A stretch of DNA of 64,000 bases from Piedraia hortae CBS 480.64 (GCA_010093745.1 MU005957.1:1-64000); one strand, 5' to 3'; positions 10,447 to 21,961 are shown, numbered from the stretch's first letter. Notes: generated by a model from the sequence alone, not told the origin. A program made the numbers and translations.

Positions 10447-13400
10447 CTACTCAGCATGAAACCTCCACCCACCTTCCTTAACCACCCTCTCCCGCATCTG
10501 CATATCCTTCCTCTTCTCCGCACTGGTGACCGCGTCTCCTGTCTCAACCCAAAGCGCACTACTCCCCCTCTGTCTGAATCTCTTCAACCTCTCCTGATTA
10601 GTCCCATTACGGAAAACCTCCTCCATCTTCAATGGAGCAATAGGTCCAAAGACCGTCTCGGGATCAATCAACTGCTGCTGCAAGAGCAAATTACGTAGGG
10701 CAGGTGAAGCAGCCCACGAGGGGGCGCGGAAACCACCGTTTCCTCCGACTTCGTCTTCTTCCGAGTCTTCCTCCTCGGAGTCGGTTAGGATATCGGGGAG
10801 TTCGATGTTTTCGCCCTGGGGGTAGGCGGGTGAGGATTTTAGGGGTTTCATAGATTTGACTGTTTGAGCCGGACGGGCGGGTGTCTTGTATTTCGTGCTC
10901 TCGTGGCCGGGGGCGGGTTGGAGGAGTGTGTTCCCCCCGTTGACGCTCTCGGCAAAGGGGATGCGTGCGGTAGACATCTGCACCGTCTGGCTGGGATGAA
11001 CCGGCGCCTTGCCCTGTTTAGCTACGTGATGGGCTGCCGGTGGAGGGGCGTGGGGCGGGAATTTGCTAAGCGTGCTCTCCTGCGACCGCTGGGTTAAATT
11101 CTTGGGAGTTTTCTTCTCGATGGGCGTGCTGCTTACCATGCGTGGATTGTTAGACGGCCGCATAGGCGGCTTGTTAATGTGCCGTTCGTCCTCCTCGTTG
11201 GTACGACGACGTTTGCCGTCGGCCTGTTGGTAAGCAGAAATACCGTGATGAGTGCCAGTCTTCACGACCGTCTCATCGTCTTCGTCTTGATGCACACGCT
11301 TGACAGGCTTCACCGGGTTCGGCTGCACGCCTTTGCCGATGCTCCTCAGCGTGCCTCCACGGCCCGTCTGCTCGCGCTTGATGCTCTCAACTACATCTAG
11401 GGCGTTCTTGACCCTCTGGTTCTCTTCGAGCTGCTTCTGATGCTGCAACTCCCTCTTGCGGGCTTCGGCTGCCATCTGCTCGGCCTTGCGTTGGGCAGCC
11501 AGCTTGGCCTCTTGGATGCGTTGCTGCTCCGCTGCCTTGCGTTCTTCTTCCACACGACGCTCTTCCTCGGCTTTGGCTGCGGCCCTCTTGGCTTCGAGAG
11601 CCCGCTTCTGCTCCAACTTCTTCTGTGCGGCACGTTCATCTGCTTCCTTCTTGCGTGCAGCCGCCTCGAGAGCCTTGACGCGTGCGTTGCCCGGGGCCTT
11701 TGCATTTCCCTGGGCAGATGCCACTCGCGGGCCATTCTTAGCGGCAGCCTGCGGGACAGACGTGGGGATTCCAGGCACGCGCGACGCCTGCGATGCCACT
11801 TTGACGTTGACCGGACGCTTGGCCGCCGGCTTCTTCAACTTCGCCGGAGCCCTCAGCTTGCCGCCTTGTACCGACGATTTCGGCTGCGGGGGCGGCGGCA
11901 TCTCGTCTTCAGCAGCTTCTTCCTCGGGCTCACCACTCTTCCTACGTTTCTTATCCGAATCGGGCTCCTCTGGCTCCTCTCTCTCACGCTTCTTGGAGCT
12001 TGCATTCGAAGACGCCGTTTGCGGGCGCTCCGGGCCTTGCATGGGCTCGTCTACAGCCGCCACAGACTCTTCTCCAAACCGCTGCATGACAGGAGTATTG
12101 GCAGCTTCCATCTTGGCTGCGGCACTAACGTTGGCCGAGGAAGCGAAAATGCTCTTGGCCGACTTGAACGCCGACCAGAGCTTGCTCTTTGATGCGCTCA
12201 GAGGCCCGTCGTGGATCCTTCTGGCCATGGGTGAGCCGGCCGGTGTGGTAGACTCTACGGGAGTGAAGCTGGCCTTGACCGGCGACTGCTGCGTGGTTAC
12301 CGACTGCGGCTTAGCTGGCGATTGCAATGCAGTCGGCGTCTGCACTTTGGCCGGCGTCTGCGGCTTGGGCGGGCTGGCCGAAGGCTCTCTCGCCTTCTGC
12401 ACCTTCAACGGCGGAGTCGTGGGACGCGCTGGTTGCACAGCTGCCCTGGACCGCAACGTCTTGGAAGGCGCAATCCATTCGTCGTCGTCTTCAATATCAA
12501 ATGCATAAGTCTGGGCTGCCAGAGCTGGAGCCGTAGTCTTTGGAGCCTCCGTGTCGACTAAATGCAACTGAGGATAAGCCGCCTGAGCTCCGAAAATGCT
12601 CTGGGCAATGCTCTTGGACTGTCTGGACTCTCCGAGCATCTTGATGCGTTCGTGCAGGGACTGTGTCGTCCGCTTGCTGCGCACCTGAGCGTCTTCCGAG
12701 TTCTCGACCTCCTCTCTGGCTATATTCTCTTGAACACGCGGGCCCATGCTGTGCTCGCGGGCAGGAAGCGCGGAGAAAGCGATGCTACTCTTACGCTGCA
12801 CCGTCTTTTCCGGGCTGGACTCCGCTCCTTCCGAGTCTTCAATCGTCGTAACCGCATCTCCCATGACTTCGTCTTTGTCAACCTCTCCGTCAACCTCCAT
12901 CTGATCTTCGTAAATCTGTACATCAGCCGGCTCTACCGACTGCACGACAACCATCTCGGCGTCCTTGTGCGAAGCGCGGCGACTGCTAGCAACCTCTTTG
13001 GCCGATAGGAACGACTCCTCGAGAATGCCATCAGTCGTAGCCGTGCGGGGACGGTCCGACATACTCTGCGTCGCCTGATCCGAAGCCGTAGACTGCTGCG
13101 GCTTGTCTACATCCATCTCGTCCTCTGTGTGCATACCATGGTAGCCAGAGTCGGTATACGGCGCCGGGGCTGTGCGACGCGGGCTCCTGTTCGGCGGAGG
13201 CGGCGCAAGCTGACGCACCGGCACAATATTCTCCGCATTCTCCGCCATCTGCACGCGCGCAATCTTCCCCGAGAACTTGCTGGGCTCTTCCAAGACCGGC
13301 TGGACCGTCGGGGCGGCAAAGACATCGGTTAGCGGTTGGCGCTGGCGGTATGCCGTGCGCGGCGTCTTGCCCAGGAACCGTCCGGGCGTCTTCAACATGT

Positions 13401-13640
13401 CTGCAAATTTGCTGCCACGCATTAGCCTGGTGCAGTACACTTACTCTGAACAACATACACTCCATCCTGATTCAACGCTTGGATAATCTTCTCGTTCAAC
13501 CATTCCAGCTCGAACCGTACGCCGTACTTGAAATCCTCGATGTCTTGTTCGATAAACTGCTCGTGCTGCGTGAGCTCGTCCTGCACCCACTGCGTCGAGC
13601 CGATGGTGGCACGCGCCCTCTTGGGCTTGCCGGTCGCCAT
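10447..13640 (-). CDS. Inner centromere protein (INCENP/Sli15/Pic1-like), chromosomal passenger complex
   Basis: C-terminal IN-box 'IELPDILTDSE...PSWAASP.LR..L.QQ..DPETVFGPIAPLKMEEVF...R.R.SSA.W' and a central coiled coil. Exon 1 13640-13459; intron 13458-13412 (GTATGT..GCTAAT..CAG); probable second in-frame intron 11136-11080. Confidence 0.92.
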
Positions 13641-14302
13641 TGCGCGTGTTGGGTGTGACAATACGAGGTGCTGTGGAAGAGGTTAGTAGGGCATGTCGCG
13701 CTGGCCGTGCGTGTCGCGTTAAAAGTCGCAATGTTTTGGCGCCGCCGAGCTGGTCCCGCGCTAGTGACGCTTGGACCACGGCGCGTCGCCACGTGATGTA
13801 ATCCGTTCGGAAATGGTACACGTGGGAGAAGAGGTACATGTATATGGAGATGAGATACGATGCAATGGTCGCACTGGTACGATGCAACATCGCACCAACA
13901 CGATGTAACTATAAGGCTGGTACGTATACTGATTACATTGGCGCATGTAATGATGACATTGGTACGATGTAACGATTATGCGGTACAAGTAATAAACAAT
14001 ACTAGCACGCTTGTTTTTTACGCTAAAGTACATAAAGTCACATCAAGTACGTTCTTTTCGCAGTGAAGTACACGGTACCATATACAGTACACTTTTTTTT
14101 TTTTTTTTTGAGGGGTACTCAAAGTGCGGTTCCGAACCGAGCTCGGTTTGGAATGGTCCAACCGTACACCCTACCAAAAATCAGCCCAGAAACACAACCC
14201 TTCCGAAAGCATATCCAGGGTAACATCAAAAAAATCATACCACTCCAAGCGGAGAGAATTCCATATCATAGACCCATGTAGTTACATCCATTGACAAGAC
14301 TG

Positions 14303-16060
14303 TTAATCACTAAACCCTTCAAACACCTCCTCGCTCGCCTGATTCCTCGCCCTCTCAATCAACTCCTCCAACCTTCGATCCCTCCCTTTAGCCCTCCTAA
14401 GCACCTCCTTCTTCTCCCTCCTCGCAGCTTTTACAGCCTTCCTCTCCTTCTGTGCACTCCAAGCTTTCTCCTTCCTCCTCAACGCATCCCCCTTCTTACC
14501 AATCACAACCTTTCCCTCCCCACCCTTCAACTTCTCAACATCAATACCCTCCGGCACATCCAATCCATACCCCCTATCTCCCCCTGCAGGGGGGCAGTAC
14601 CTTCTAACCTCCGGCATCTTCGGCCAGCACAGCAGTCCCCACGCCCTTCCCAGCTCAACCCAATCCAACTCCCCCAAATCAAAACACTCCCCCGGCACAG
14701 TCTTACTATAAGCCTGAACCCAACTCACAAACGCCCTCTGACACCTTTCGTAACACCCCCTCTTATCCACCAAAACCCCCCTAATCTGCTCCCTAACCTC
14801 CCCCTCCACCCTCCCATCCAATTCCGGTAGCGGCCAAGGTTCCACCCTAGTCCCCTGCAATGCCAGATAAGGAATATAATCCCTCTCATTCTCATGCAAA
14901 AACACAATCGCCATTCCCCTCCGTCCCGCCCGTCCAGACCGTCCACAGCGATGAATAAAATCCTTTGGCTGCGTCGGCGGGTCGAGATGCACCACGAGAT
15001 CAATATCAGGTAAATCAATTCCCCTAGCTAAGACATCTGTGGTAAGGAGGATAGCTGGATCGAGGGTATCCCTAAAGCGCGCTAAATTTTTTGCGCGAAG
15101 GGCGTCGCGGTAGCCTCCATGTTTTGGAATCACGGGAATGGAAAGGAGGGAAGGGAGGACGTCTTTCCAAAAGTCGACGCTGGCGCGGGTAGAGACGAAG
15201 ATTATAGTTTTCTTGGGGCGGATGGCAGCCAGGATGGTTTTTAAGTAGGGGAGCTTTCCGGTTGGTGCGCAGGTTAGGTAGTAGAGTTGAAGGGTATCGG
15301 GCGTCTTTTTGTCGACAGCACCAGATTTGCTCCGCACCTTTGCAGAAATCTTGAATGGATGTCTCAATCCAACCCTCACAAATTCACTAACGGCATCAGA
15401 CACGCTGGCGGAATATAACCCCGTCCTCCTCTCTTTAGGAATCATCTCCAAAATCCTCCCCATCTCAGCCTGAAAATTCGGATCAAGTAGTCTATCGGCC
15501 TCATCCAGCACCAACAAATCAAAATGATGTCTCTTCAACACCACCCTCGACGACTGCAGGACCTCAACTAATCTCCTCGGCGTAGCAACCAATACATTCG
15601 GACTTATCCGCGTAAAAGTCGTCAAGTCTTCGACCAACTTGGTCCGTCCGCCAACCAACAACTGCGGAATGATTTTCGCTCCCGGCGGAGCATCCCCACC
15701 CCCCTGGGCATGCATGGCAACAGCACTCCCCTCATGAAAACCCAACAAATGTATCAACACCCCAAAAATCTGCGTAGCAAGTTCCTTCGTTGGCGCGACG
15801 ACAATGCTCTTCACCGCGCCTTTGACGTTCGCATCCTCTGCCTTCAATATCCTTGAAACAAGCGGGATGAGAAAACTAAGCGTCTTCCCACTTCCTGTGA
15901 CTGCCTCCACCACAAGATCCTTATTCCCTAGTAATTCGGGAATAGCGAGGGCTTGGATGGGGGTTGTTCGTTCAAAACCCATGGAGCGGGTGTAATCCAG
16001 AATCCACTCTGCTAAAGGGGGGGTGATTGCATCGAAAGTCTTCGTTCGCTTCTCTGCCAT
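14303..16060 (-). CDS. SPB4: ATP-dependent rRNA DEAD-box helicase Spb4
   Basis: Motifs AVTGSGKT, PTKELA, ATPRRL, DEAD, SAS, ARGIDLP, HRCGRSGRAG. Spb4-type C-terminus 'RAFVSWVQAYSK...W.ELGRAWGLL.WPKMPE'. Confidence 0.95.
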   Translation of the reverse strand: MAEKRTKTFDAITPPLAEWILDYTRSMGFERTTPIQALAIPELLGNKDLVVEAVTGSGKTLSFLIPLVSRILKAEDANVKGAVKSIVVAPTKELATQIFGVLIHLLGFHEGSAVAMHAQGGGDAPPGAKIIPQLLVGGRTKLVEDLTTFTRISPNVLVATPRRLVEVLQSSRVVLKRHHFDLLVLDEADRLLDPNFQAEMGRILEMIPKERRTGLYSASVSDAVSEFVRVGLRHPFKISAKVRSKSGAVDKKTPDTLQLYYLTCAPTGKLPYLKTILAAIRPKKTIIFVSTRASVDFWKDVLPSLLSIPVIPKHGGYRDALRAKNLARFRDTLDPAILLTTDVLARGIDLPDIDLVVHLDPPTQPKDFIHRCGRSGRAGRRGMAIVFLHENERDYIPYLALQGTRVEPWPLPELDGRVEGEVREQIRGVLVDKRGCYERCQRAFVSWVQAYSKTVPGECFDLGELDWVELGRAWGLLCWPKMPEVRRYCPPAGGDRGYGLDVPEGIDVEKLKGGEGKVVIGKKGDALRRKEKAWSAQKERKAVKAARREKKEVLRRAKGRDRRLEELIERARNQASEEVFEGFSD

Positions 16061-16252
16061 TGCAAATTTATCTGGTCGTCAAAAAAATGTCGTCAAAAAT
16101 CCGGTGGTTCTATGTAAACTTTGGCTGCTCGTCGAATTTTTGGTACTTCGACCGTTGACTGCGGAACACATCCGCTGTCACTCGCGGAACAATTTCCGCC
16201 TTGACCCCGCCGACGTAACGGCCACCCCACCATCAAACACAATTTTCCTCCC

Positions 16253-16912
16253 ATGGCCGGCAAAAAAGCAGCGACCGAAAACTCGAAGAAGGCAGCAGGT
16301 GCCGCGCGCAAAGCGGAGGCGGCGTCCCGGAAATCCGCCGCCGCCGCCTCCGCAGCCGAAGCCGCCGAAGCCGCAGCGTGGCAGCAAGGCGCAAAGGACA
16401 CGCGCAAAGCCGACGCCGCCGCATCCAAAGCCGCTGAAGCCGCACGAAAAAAGGCCGAGAAAGAGGCTTTGCTCAAAGAAGAGGAGGCTTCGCTGCCGAC
16501 CAAGGGCGGGAAGGGGAAAGTTCCCCCCACGAAGAAAGCTAAAGGGTTGGATCTTTCAGGGCTGGATACGCCCTCCTCCTCGGCGGCCCTCAACGCCTCG
16601 GGGATTGACAACGCGCTTGATGCGCTGGCATTAACTGCCGGCCAAGAGGAGAAGGTAGAACGACATCCCGAGCGGAGGTTCGCAGCGGCGTATAAACCTT
16701 ATGAGGAGAGGAGGTTGGAGGAGTTAAAAGAGGAGAAGGGACTAAGAAGGCAACAGAAGATTGAGATGATCAAGAAGGAGTTTGAGAAATCTCCTGATAA
16801 TCCGTTCAATCAGGTTACGGCGAGGTATGATACGTCGAAGGAGGAGGTGAGGGAGATGAGGGAGGGGGTGAGGAGATGGAAGGAGGAGTTGCTTACGCAG
16901 GGGGGGAAGTAG
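16253..16912 (+). CDS. CCDC124/Lso2/Oxs1-like (DUF1014) coiled-coil ribosome-associated protein
   Basis: 'ENSKKAAG.ARKAE', 'ASGIDNALDAL' and 'ERHPERRF.AAY..YEERRL.ELKEEKGLR..Q...I.KEFEKSPDNPFNQ'. Confidence 0.93.
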   Translation: MAGKKAATENSKKAAGAARKAEAASRKSAAAASAAEAAEAAAWQQGAKDTRKADAAASKAAEAARKKAEKEALLKEEEASLPTKGGKGKVPPTKKAKGLDLSGLDTPSSSAALNASGIDNALDALALTAGQEEKVERHPERRFAAAYKPYEERRLEELKEEKGLRRQQKIEMIKKEFEKSPDNPFNQVTARYDTSKEEVREMREGVRRWKEELLTQGGK

Positions 16913-17001
16913 AGTTGGGAGTAGGGATGCTGACGCTGCTGTGGGAGTGGCCACCTAATGATTACCCTCCGGGAAACATGCAGTAAAAACCCGGATGGCT
17001 A

Positions 17002-17515
17002 CTACCTGTCAGGAACTAAACCTTCGATATCATACAAACACGTAAATACCTCATCACCGTCCAAGACCGGTTTGAGGAACTTTTCATCTTCCCATAACGT
17101 CCTCGACGATGTGTCGGCAGGGGCTGTTCCCCCTGCGGTAGAGCGGAGGTAGTTGATGAACCGCACGATGCCATAGAAATCCAGCTCTGGCTTATCAGAT
17201 GTAGGAATGAGATGTGCAGATAGACGTACCGTGGCGTTTACATTCGCCTTCGAAATCGAACGCGTGGGTTTTTTTCATATGGGTGGTGAGGTTTGGGAAG
17301 GTGGGGAATGTGTCACTGCAGAAGAAACATTTGAGGGTTAGGTTTTCGATGTCGGGTTCGATGTCCTCCCATCCGGGGGAGTCGGGGCGGAGGTCTTCTG
17401 CTGTGAGGCCTTCCACAGAAATATCTCCCTCGTCGAAAGAGTCGTCGTGTTTTGGCGTGGAAAAGGCCCCGTCAGAATTAAGCACGCGCCAGCCGGCGGG
17501 GAGGATGAGTGGCAT
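17002..17515 (-). CDS. Stand-alone PRMT3/Rmt3-type N-terminal C2H2 zinc-finger protein (156 aa, no methyltransferase domain)
   Basis: Exon 1 17515-17230, 43-nt intron 17229-17187 (GTACGT..CAG), exon 2 17186-17002. Spliced product: 'CFFCSDTF...HMKKTHAFDF...ELDFYGIVRFINYLRS...WEDEKFLKPVLDGDEVF..LYDIE', followed by TAG TAG. Confidence 0.8.
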
Positions 17516-17546
17516 AACAATATCGATAGTGGTGTGTGGGTGCTGC

Positions 17547-17559
17547 TTTTTTTTTTTTT

Positions 17560-17602
<43 letters not shown>
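17547..17602. repeat. Adjacent homopolymers T23-G33
   Basis: Direct reading; lies in the ~185-bp divergent intergenic space. Confidence 0.95.
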
Positions 17603-17699
17603 CTGTCACGTTCACCACAGTCGAGGGTGGATAGCAAGCTATCTAATGGTGGAAAAGTGAGTTGCGTGCGCCAAGGCCCGCTCCGTGACATCATCTTCC

Positions 17700-19674
17700 A
17701 TGGCAACATCAGATGATGAAGAGCCCCTGGGCCAGGAACCAGACCCATCGTTTCTCGCTCGCCGATCGCAACAGCCGCAGTTCACTCTACGGGCCCTCCT
17801 CGTCGGACTGGCAGTCGGCATCGTCATCGCATTCAGCAATACCTACTTCGGGCTGCAGACGGGATGGATAAGTGGCATGGCGATGCCGAGCGCACTAATT
17901 GGCTTCGCCTACTTCCGAATCATCCGCGGACTTACGGGGAGTGTCTTCGGACAAAACTTTTCCGAAGTGGAAAACGTCCTCGTGCAGACCGTTGCAGGGA
18001 GTGTAGGGACGATGCCTCTGGGCTGCGGCTTCGTGGGAGTCATCCCCGCGCTGGAGTTTTTGTTACAGAAAGATGAGACGCCGCAGAGCGGGTTGAACAT
18101 GTCCCTCGGTCGGCTGACTTTGTGGGCTTTGGGGCTGTGTTTCTTCGGTGTTGCTTTCGCCGTTCCGTTGAGGAAGGAGGTTATCATACGAGAAAAGTTG
18201 AGGTTTCCATCTGGAACGGCGACGGCGCTGATGATTAGTGTGCTACATGGTGGGGAGAAGGCTGGTGTTCCTGTGGGGGAGGAGGGAGAGGCACTCATTG
18301 AAAATATCTCCGAGCAGGATCCTGCGAGGGAATGGATCAAACAATTGCGGCTTCTAATCTACTCGTTTGCTGGGAGTGGGATATATGTATGTGTTCACAA
18401 AGTCCCAATGACATCCCCGCTGATATCGCCAGACGTTGGTGAGTTACTTTGTCCCGGCTCTGCATGCTCTTCCCATCTTCGGAGCCCGACTCGCAAGAGA
18501 CTGGCTATGGAGGTTAAACCCCAGTCCCGCGTACGTCGGTCAGGGAATCATCATGGGTCCAGAAACAACAATGCACATGCTCTTCGGCTGTATCCTAGGC
18601 TGGGCAGTCCTCTCCCCCATGGCCAAACACCGTGGCTGGGCTCCTGGAGACGTTGCAGACTGGAACACCGGCTCCAAAGGCTGGATCGTCTGGGTTTCAC
18701 TAGCAATCATGCTCGCCGATTCCCTCGTCAACCTCGCCTGGCTTGCCACAAAACCCGCACTGAAATACCTCCGAAACACCACCCCACCAAGGGGCTTCTC
18801 CTTCGTCGAAGCATCCCAACCCATGGAAGAAACAGAAGCCGACTCCCCGCCCGACCACCTCATCCCCCCCCACGTAATCCTGCCCCTCCTCCTCCTCTCC
18901 CTTCTCTTCTGCGTCGTGGCCATCAACCTCACCTTCCCGCACACCATCCCCTGGGGCCTAACCCTCCTCTCCCTCCCCCTAGCCCTCCTCCTAAGCCTCA
19001 TCGGCGTCCGCGCGCAAGGCGAAACAGACCTCAACCCCGTCTCCGGAATCTCAAAACTAACCCAACTTTTGATCGCCTTGGTCACTCCCCCATCCCCAGC
19101 CTCAATCCCCACAAATCTAATCGCAGGCGCAATAAGCGAAGCGGGGGCGCTACAGGCAGGTGACCTCCTCCAAGACCTCAAAACGGGACATCTACTCGGC
19201 GCGTCGCCGAAAGCGCAGTTCTACGGCCAGATGATTGGCTCGGCGGTCGGGGCGTGTGTTTCAGCTGCGGTTTATAAACTTTACACGCATGTGTATGAGG
19301 TTCCGGGGGGAGTGTTCCAAACGCCGACGGCGTATGTGTGGGTTTTTACTGCGAGACTGGTTACGGGTAAGGGTTTGCCGGAGGGGGTGGGACAAGTCGC
19401 TGCAGTCGCGGGGATGGTTTGGGCAGGAGTTACGGTTATAAGGATCTGGGGGGGTGGGAGGCGTTGGGTGAGGTGCCTCCCCGGAGGGGTCGCGGTTGCG
19501 GTGGGGATGTACAACCCCCCCTCGTTTACGCTGGCGCGCGCGGTGGGGGGACTGGGGGCGTGGTGGTGCGGGAAAGGGGAGGAGATGGGACTTGTGGTGT
19601 TGGCGAGTGGGTTGATTATGGGGGAGGGAGTAATAAGTATTCTTACATTGGGGCTGAGGGCTATGGGGGGTTGA
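17700..19674 (+). CDS. OPT-superfamily oligopeptide/metal-chelate transporter (YSL-like, YGL114W-type)
   Basis: 'N.YFGLQTGW', 'ENVLVQT', 'E.LRFPSGTATA', 'SPAYVGQGIIMG', 'GETDLNPVSG', 'DLLQDLKTGHL'. Intron 18387-18432 joins ORFs 17685 and 18436. Confidence 0.95.
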
Positions 19675-20720
19675 GGGTGCTGTTGGGACCTAGAAAATTT
19701 TTTGAGTATGCTTGTGAGAATGCATAAATGATTTTTCTGGGATGGTATTATAATGAGGTCGGGTGGGAAGAATGGGATATGCTGCATTAACTTCAACAGT
19801 CCCCAAGTCAAACCCGCTGTTCCCACTCCCGAAAGATACCGCCTGAAATTCTCGAAGCGGATAGATCTACTCGTGAACCCATCTCCCAAACGAACGAACA
19901 GATAGAAGCCCATTAGAACACTATATCGACGGAGTCCTCCACGACACACCCATTCAGCGAAAAAAAAAAAACATCTTGGTGTTAAACACCCACCTCATCC
20001 CTCACCCATTAATTAGGTGCACAAAGAAAATAAAACCACATCCAACTGGCTCGGTTCCCGCAGGAGCCAAATAATCACTCGTGCTAGCAGTGCAGCAGTC
20101 ACGAATTGGGCTCAAGTTTAAGTTGAATGTGGGGTTTGAACTGGTCAACCCATACAAAGACCCACGAGGGAAAGAAAATCTCATCAGCAAGTCATACGTA
20201 GGAAACAATTCATCCGAAAAAAGCAAAAAGCTCTAGACAGGCAGACAGAAACAGAAACTTTAGCAGCCAGTTCACTCATCCTCGATTGGAGGGATTAACT
20301 ACTCAGCTACGGAAAGGAGTACGAGTATGCAACTATGTCGATGAATGGAATCCCCATCCCATCGGAAGGGAATATTTCAGTTTGTTTGGAAAAGGGCATG
20401 ATCTCGGAGAGAATTAGATGGTCGGTCTTTCACACAATCGACATCCTACACATCATAACCGAGAGATATGGTCTCCATCATGTAAAAGATACGAGTGTGT
20501 ACACACACTGTAGGTATTAGAGAGAGAGGAGAACATATCAAGCTCAAAGTGCACTCGTCCATGTGAACAGTACAACTCTTCACAAATAGTATAATCCAAA
20601 GCTTCATGGTCCTACATCCCCACACCAAGCTCCACTGAACAAACTTCAAATCCAACGACACATCCCACAATCCATCTCAGGGAAAATCTAAAGTGATACC
20701 TACACCCACCACGCTCTCAC

Positions 20721-21746
20721 CTAATCAAGCATATACAACCCCACCGCCAACTCCGCCGCAATAACCGCGACAGCCGACAAGATAACGCCCATCTTGGCAT
20801 AGAGTTTAACAAGCCTCTTGCGGGCTGGACCATCAAACGACCTCCACGCCTGAACAAAGATTTGGCGCGGAGCGAGGTTCTCGCCCAAAACAGCCTCACG
20901 GTCAAACGGCACAATAGTCTCTTCAGGAAGCAAAGCAGCCTCGATGCGTGTTAGGGTAACAGACGCAGGGAGGAGGATTGCCAAAGCGACGGTAAGAGCC
21001 GTTGCTGGGACGGCGAGGAAACGCAGTACAATGAGGATAATGTCCATGGGATCAGACATTATAACGTCATCAACTTCGATTTCGTGGAGGCCCGTGAGAA
21101 AGGCGACTGCGATGGGGAGGATAAATGTCGCTTGCTCGGCCGTGGCCATGACCAGAGATGGGATGACAAGAGGACGACATTCCGAGGCCGGGACGAAGCG
21201 GCGGAACCAGACTTTCTTCGGCGGGTGGGAGATCATGCTGTGCGTCCAGAGCACGTGCAGTCTAGCAAGACCGACAGAAACGAAGATGTACATGAATGCG
21301 TAACCCAGGATGCCCATGTCCAGGAAGACGGCAAGCATGTTGGATAGGAAGGCATGGGCGGAGTGGTAGAGGATGCTAAGACCTAGACCCCTCCAGCGGG
21401 CGGTGAAACCTCCGATGGAGTGGAGATGTCGGATTGCGGTGTGGATCTGGGCAGTTACGGGCGCGGTGTTGGCTCCTTCGACATCGATTTCGTCGTTGTG
21501 CGACTCTGCCCTCTCTTTTTCAGAGACGAGTGGCTCGGAATCGCCGATTTTGATCGGCCCAGGAGACTCAATCATTGCCAGGGATGCCACGACGGAGCCC
21601 AGGGTGTACTTGATTGAGAAGAGAAGTAGGCCGGCCACGGCGAGGACGACAATCGACGCAATGGGCGCATCGGAATCCTCAACGACGGGATGGCAGTGTC
21701 GGTATACGGCCTCGACGCCGCGCCGGGCAAGAGTGAGATCAGGCAT
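20721..21746 (-). CDS. Conserved fungal multi-pass membrane protein of unknown function
   Basis: Several hydrophobic segments and family motifs 'YTLG.V..LAMIESP', 'GG..ARWRG', 'LTRIEA.LLP..TIVPFDR', 'AWRSFD'. Start at MPDLTL (21746) assumed. Confidence 0.8.
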   Translation of the reverse strand: MPDLTLARRGVEAVYRHCHPVVEDSDAPIASIVVLAVAGLLLFSIKYTLGSVVASLAMIESPGPIKIGDSEPLVSEKERAESHNDEIDVEGANTAPVTAQIHTAIRHLHSIGGFTARWRGLGLSILYHSAHAFLSNMLAVFLDMGILGYAFMYIFVSVGLARLHVLWTHSMISHPPKKVWFRRFVPASECRPLVIPSLVMATAEQATFILPIAVAFLTGLHEIEVDDVIMSDPMDIILIVLRFLAVPATALTVALAILLPASVTLTRIEAALLPEETIVPFDREAVLGENLAPRQIFVQAWRSFDGPARKRLVKLYAKMGVILSAVAVIAAELAVGLYMLD

Positions 21747-21961
21747 GGTTGTTGAACGAGGGAAACCAAGTTGGACGTTGGGGGGTGACGCGGCTCCGCC
21801 ACAGCTGTTCTTTATGACAGGATACAGTCTATTTTTAGACTGACGAAACGTCACAGCGGGGCTAGACCGAGCCCACGAGTTGGACATCTGTCTACGACAC
21901 GATTAGATTAGCACAGACTTATCATAGCTCAAGATAGAACACCTGACATGTACTGTCTGCC

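Noticed and set aside
11440..12508. Long + strand ORFs (250 and 350 aa) over INCENP, and similar antisense ORFs over CDC45, kinesin, HIS5 and RPL15
   Set aside because: Shadow ORFs of GC-rich coding sequence; low-complexity translations with no motifs.
20128..20624. Possible solo LTR TGTGGGG...CCCCACA
   Set aside because: Flanks TTGAA and CCAAG do not form a duplication.
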